From NCBI GenBank assembly GCA_001600695.1, contig BCKQ01000003.1:257268-291758 (forward strand): a DNA stretch of 34,491 bases, written 5' to 3'. Source of the DNA: Ascoidea asiatica JCM 7603. Its lineage: Eukaryota > Fungi > Ascomycota. Under the pieces are notes generated by a model that did no database searches, was not told the origin of the DNA, and saw only the letters and a program-made list of their open reading frames with translations. Positions 31,301 through 34,491 of the stretch are shown in pieces. The translations under genes and the position numbers were made by a program. Position 1 is the first letter of the stretch. Each line of letters opens with the position of its first letter.

Positions 31301-31823
31301 CATTATTATTGTCATTATCATTTTCATTATCATTTTCATTATCATTAGTTGGATTCTCATCTATTGGAATCCAATCGTTTATATTAGTATCTGTAAGATT
31401 AGTATTGGTAATAGAAGTCGAATTGGAATCGGAATTGGTAATAGAAGTCGAATTGGAATTGGAATTGGAATTGGAATTGGAATCTTTAGAATATAATAAT
31501 TGTTTAAATTTCTTTTCAATCAAATTTAGTATAAATATTTTACCATTTGAGTCAATTGAGATTAAATAATTTGAATTATTTAAGAATTTTACTGAATTTA
31601 TTGATATTGAATCATGATAATAAAGTTTTAAAATTGGTTTTAGATTAGTTAATAGATTCGAAGAAGAAGTAGAAGTTGAGACAGCTTTATCTAAAGCTTC
31701 ATTATCCCAAATTGAAATTGAACCATCTTTACCAGCAGTGGCCAAATATTTTGAATCATTACTAATAGATAATGAATTTACTTCACCTCCATGATGAGTT
31801 CCTACTAGTTTTACCAAAAGCAT
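28311..31823 (-). CDS. HIR2: HIR complex subunit Hir2 (WD40 repeats plus C-terminal HIRA domain)
   Basis: WD40 motifs LATAGKDGSISIWD and LATSGSDNTLAIWK. HIRA domain NGNGTEQKPT, FVDFIPKLI, YSNSGRRLLPPMVLG, DDILTKSENLTMCSIT, WWAFGSHYW, SLAHLENK. No Hir1-type B-domain KKR.AP motif seen. Confidence 0.9.
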   Translation of the reverse strand: MLLVKLVGTHHGGEVNSLSISNDSKYLATAGKDGSISIWDNEALDKAVSTSTSSSNLLTNLKPILKLYYHDSISINSVKFLNNSNYLISIDSNGKIFILNLIEKKFKQLLYSKDSNSNSNSNSNSTSITNSDSNSTSITNTNLTDTNINDWIPIDENPTNDNENDNENDNDNNNDNDNDSDLKEIEDFQNSLIDIALTNDDKILVISSVNNKILIFYSNHTITIDNNNKNIPNYIYISSINDFNGPVKGISIDPTNNFLITISDDNNLCIFQLNFSINLKFIQFSKILNSTSILNKSLNLKFRNFNWSPNASLVAIPNALFSNSNKIFLKNSTINNNNNNNDNINDNINNNINSNVNISNNNNNIDSNIDNINSNTSINSLTTVNSSISTVALLNRSNWKPIYSFIGHNFSTCEVSKFSPNLFHDKKSNQFFSILATSGSDNTLAIWKTIKEKPLLIVKNISKSSILDLEWSKKNDLLILVTKDGSIIVLKFLNNELGLKYQNSKLIQMINLIPAPNSIQSQSIKKNDIFKFNLPNFEKINNQEINENINEKEAKKIEKINKESNKEIVNENNKEIIINENNENKNKKTIQLPDSDISQIKKLENSSIEYSNPSNLIPKEIFNNTIKRKHIDFDSDSNGNTINNSNKKLKKKIEPIEIINTIIINPSISFSKIRLSAPQSKYSLSINSIIDKYLTLEINNGNGTEQKPTRISLISKNPFLNQSEINNLKSLNLNSSSNSNSNQSIIPRNEENNNTSNINSKSSNEFSKQLFVDFIPKLINLCTGSENGFWAIATLDGQIIVYSNSGRRLLPPMVLGSTISFLESKNDYLMAITSVGEVFVWNIIEKKSVFKPTNLYSLLDASSRLQDDILTKSENLTMCSITNKGIPIITLTNGNGYLYDKNMCSWCTISEFWWAFGSHYWNSNNTSNFSGFSSNNGNSSNSLFLKPNIITLLEARTNEELLRKNKGDFFKKISKIMLMKQGFENLENSISLAHLENKIIICKLLEDNEEFKRLLINYCVRISELGLQNKLLEICLELYSNDDDDDEQEIEDLIPSDDENDEGDGEVFSGLYNTKSKKNKEENNLETKTNEKSVEFDQDGDSTITEVKVKEPNKKKSVNKENNTICGYDRIELLKEIILSCSKNREVQRVLVRFASAIGILNEDSDNNLA

Positions 31824-33100
31824 ATTTGGATTCTCATTGTTTGATTGATTGATTAATTGATTGATCTATTGATGCATTGACTAATTAAGTATTCGCCATT
31901 AAATATTATCTCTTCATTTCATTTCGTCTCGATATTTCATTCACTTCACTTCTTCTTCTTTTCTTCCAAAGTGTCAAAGCTTCAAAAACTTCAAAATCCC
32001 AAAACTTTTTCGTTTCTTTCTTTGTTTTTATTTTCCTCTGTTTTTGGAGTGGGTTTTTTTCAGTTTCAGCGGCAAGGCGCCCCCCCCCCCAAAAGTGTGG
32101 CTGAATAAATAAACGGGGTCTGTAAACAGGGGGTTAAAACAATGTTTTGGGGGTCTGAAAATTTGATTTTTTTACCGGTTTCCACCGCGGGATATCAGGT
32201 AATAAAGTATAATTATCACGTGTAATATCATGTGATTTTTTTGTGTTTTAGAATGTAGCTCTGCGCAGTACCGTGTGGGTGGTCCTGTAGTTTTTTTGAC
32301 GGCCTTCGGAAAAACCTCGGCGGGCTCTGCTTCCGCAGAACGCATAACTGCACCGGGCGCCAAAGCTGCCTCTGGCCACTCGCCTGAAAAGCGCACTTCC
32401 AAATCAAAATTCCATTTCAAAATTCCACTTCGAAAATGCAGTTTTTTTTGCCCTTGAAGAAAGAGAGAAGCAAAAATGATCCAGGAATAAATGGAATAAA
32501 CAAAAAAAGAGCAAAAGAAGAAGACGACAAAGAAGAAGAAGAGAATAATCAAATCGATCAATAAAGAAAGTATTGAATTATTAAAATAATATTGATTTGT
32601 AATATCAATTTCTTTGGTATAATCTCTAGAAAAGATAGAAATCCTGACCTGGCCAGTACTTTGTTTTTTTTTAACTTTATTTCGTTTATTTCTCTAGGTC
32701 AATTTTTACCAATTTCTTATTGAAATAAATTATAATTTTTTTCAATAGCTTTTAGTTAAATTTGGTATAACTTATTTTAATTATCATAGCATAATAAAAT
32801 ATAATAATACTTAATCAAAATATACCATATAAATATACAATAATCTAGTTTTCAGCTTTTATTTACTCTTCTGGTTAATTTCTCAATTGAGTAAATATTC
32901 ACTAGACTTTGTCTCAGAAATCTCTTTTATCTCAACTATATAAAATCATTCAAACATTCATCTAAAAATTAATCTATTAGTCTAATCAAACCTTTTATTC
33001 AATAAAAAGATAAAGAATAAAATATATATTTATATTATATCATTTCGAATATAATAATTTAATACTTTACTAATCATTTACTAAAATATAATATATAAAA

Positions 33101-34246
33101 ATGCAGTGTATGGCTCCATGGGTACCTTCTTTTACTTCTTCTTTGAGTAGAGAATTAAATCATTCAAAATTTATATCTTTTTCATTTGCAAATATTGATC
33201 AAAATTCTTTACCACATGTTAGAACTGTTGTATTTAGAGGTTTTTTATTTAATGATAAATCAACAAATATTTTAACTTTCACAACTGATGGTAGAATGGA
33301 AAAATATAATCAATTATTAAATAATGATAAATTTGAAGCTTGTTTCTATTTTCCTTCTTCAAGAAGACAATTTAGATTTAATGGTTTTGCAAAAATTATT
33401 GATTTAAAAAATAAAATTTATCCAAATATTTGTTTAATTAATCAAAATATACATCAAGTTTCAAGTGATGATAATGATAATGATAATGATAATAATATCA
33501 ATGTTTGTAATAAAATTGTAAATCATGATATTGATCCAATTAAAAATGTTCCTTTTTTATATCCTTTATATTCTCCTTCAATACCTGATAATTCCTTTAA
33601 TGATATAAATAGCAATAATGAAGAAAATTATGATACTACTACTAATAATAATACCTATTCCAATACCAATAATGATAATGATAATGACAACTATAATGAC
33701 GATAATAACAATACTAATACTAATACTGATACTAATACTAATACTAAAGATAATATAAATGATAATGATAATATAAAAAAACTTAATAGTACAAAAAATA
33801 ATAATATGAGAAATAATATAAATAATGCTAAGATAAAATCATTAAAATCAAATAGAATTTCAAATTCAACACCTTTAAAAGATTTACCTTTATTAAAATC
33901 AAATTCAACAATAAATTTATCAAATCAAATATTTTCAATACCACCATCAATAAAAGATTGGGAAATTGAAAATGAAAATAAATGGAATTCATTATCATTA
34001 AATTTAAAAGCAACTTTTAATAAACCAATTCCAAGATCAATTTTAACAAATGAGAAAAAAAAATTATTAGATTCAATCTCAAGAGGTGTTGATGGTAATG
34101 ATATACTTGATGGTTATAAAAATAATTTTAAAGTTATTTGTCTTTTTATTAATGAAGTTGATTATTGTAATGAAGAAAGTAATAGAAGAGTTATATATAC
34201 AAGAGATTTCTTTGATCAATGGCAAGAAGATGAAGTTTGTCCATAA
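33101..34246 (+). CDS. YGR017W-like pyridoxamine 5'-phosphate oxidase-fold (FMN-binding split barrel) protein
   Basis: MAPWVPSF, PHVRTVVFRGFLFNDKSTNILTFTTDGRMEK, EACFYF...QFRFNG, LDSISRGVDG and terminal W.E.EVCP. A large Asn/Asp-rich insert sits in the middle. Confidence 0.85.
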   Translation: MQCMAPWVPSFTSSLSRELNHSKFISFSFANIDQNSLPHVRTVVFRGFLFNDKSTNILTFTTDGRMEKYNQLLNNDKFEACFYFPSSRRQFRFNGFAKIIDLKNKIYPNICLINQNIHQVSSDDNDNDNDNNINVCNKIVNHDIDPIKNVPFLYPLYSPSIPDNSFNDINSNNEENYDTTTNNNTYSNTNNDNDNDNYNDDNNNTNTNTDTNTNTKDNINDNDNIKKLNSTKNNNMRNNINNAKIKSLKSNRISNSTPLKDLPLLKSNSTINLSNQIFSIPPSIKDWEIENENKWNSLSLNLKATFNKPIPRSILTNEKKKLLDSISRGVDGNDILDGYKNNFKVICLFINEVDYCNEESNRRVIYTRDFFDQWQEDEVCP

Positions 34247-34396
34247 TTTTATTTTAATCATTATTTTTTTTACTTGTTTTTAATTGTTTTTTTTTGTTTT
34301 TTTTTGTTTTTTTTATCAATTTATTTAATTTAATGATTTTAATTATTTCTTTACTATTTTATTTATCTATTCCTTTATGTTTATATACATATATAC

Positions 34397-34491
34397 ATAT
34401 TTATATTTATATTTATATTTATATTTATATTTATATTTATATTTATATTTATATTTATATTTATATTTATATTTATATTTATATTTATATT
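34397..34491. repeat. (ATATTT)n hexamer microsatellite running off the window end
   Basis: About 16 uninterrupted units, read directly. Confidence 0.95.

Noticed and set aside
34397-34491. Terminal (ATATTT)n as a telomere
   Set aside because: No G-rich strand and it lies 150 bp after a housekeeping gene; an ordinary microsatellite, possibly at a contig break.

Overview
Very AT-rich eukaryotic DNA from a budding yeast (Saccharomycotina). Composition, Asn-rich proteins and rare CTG codons would fit an Ascoidea-like lineage; this is an inference and was not verified. Recognisable genes, left to right: IVY1-like (with a perfect 3x159-bp coding repeat), a small secreted 6-Cys protein, ANR2-like, OCH1, ERS1/cystinosin-like, tRNA-Ala(UGC), AGP2, a three-exon SET-MYND (SMYD) methyltransferase, a three-exon SDH6, HIR2 and a YGR017W-like pyridoxamine-phosphate-oxidase-fold protein. 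Five further small ORFs are uncharacterised. The ORF track misses SDH6 entirely and splits the SMYD gene. All four well-supported introns use non-TACTAAC branch points, and two end in AAG. Intergenic DNA carries discrete GC-rich, motif-dense islands. The most unexplained structure is an exact 18-bp inverted repeat (17341-17358 / 19181-19198) bracketing one island plus an orphan 124-aa ORF. No transposase, CRISPR array or clearly novel multi-gene system can be demonstrated from the sequence alone.
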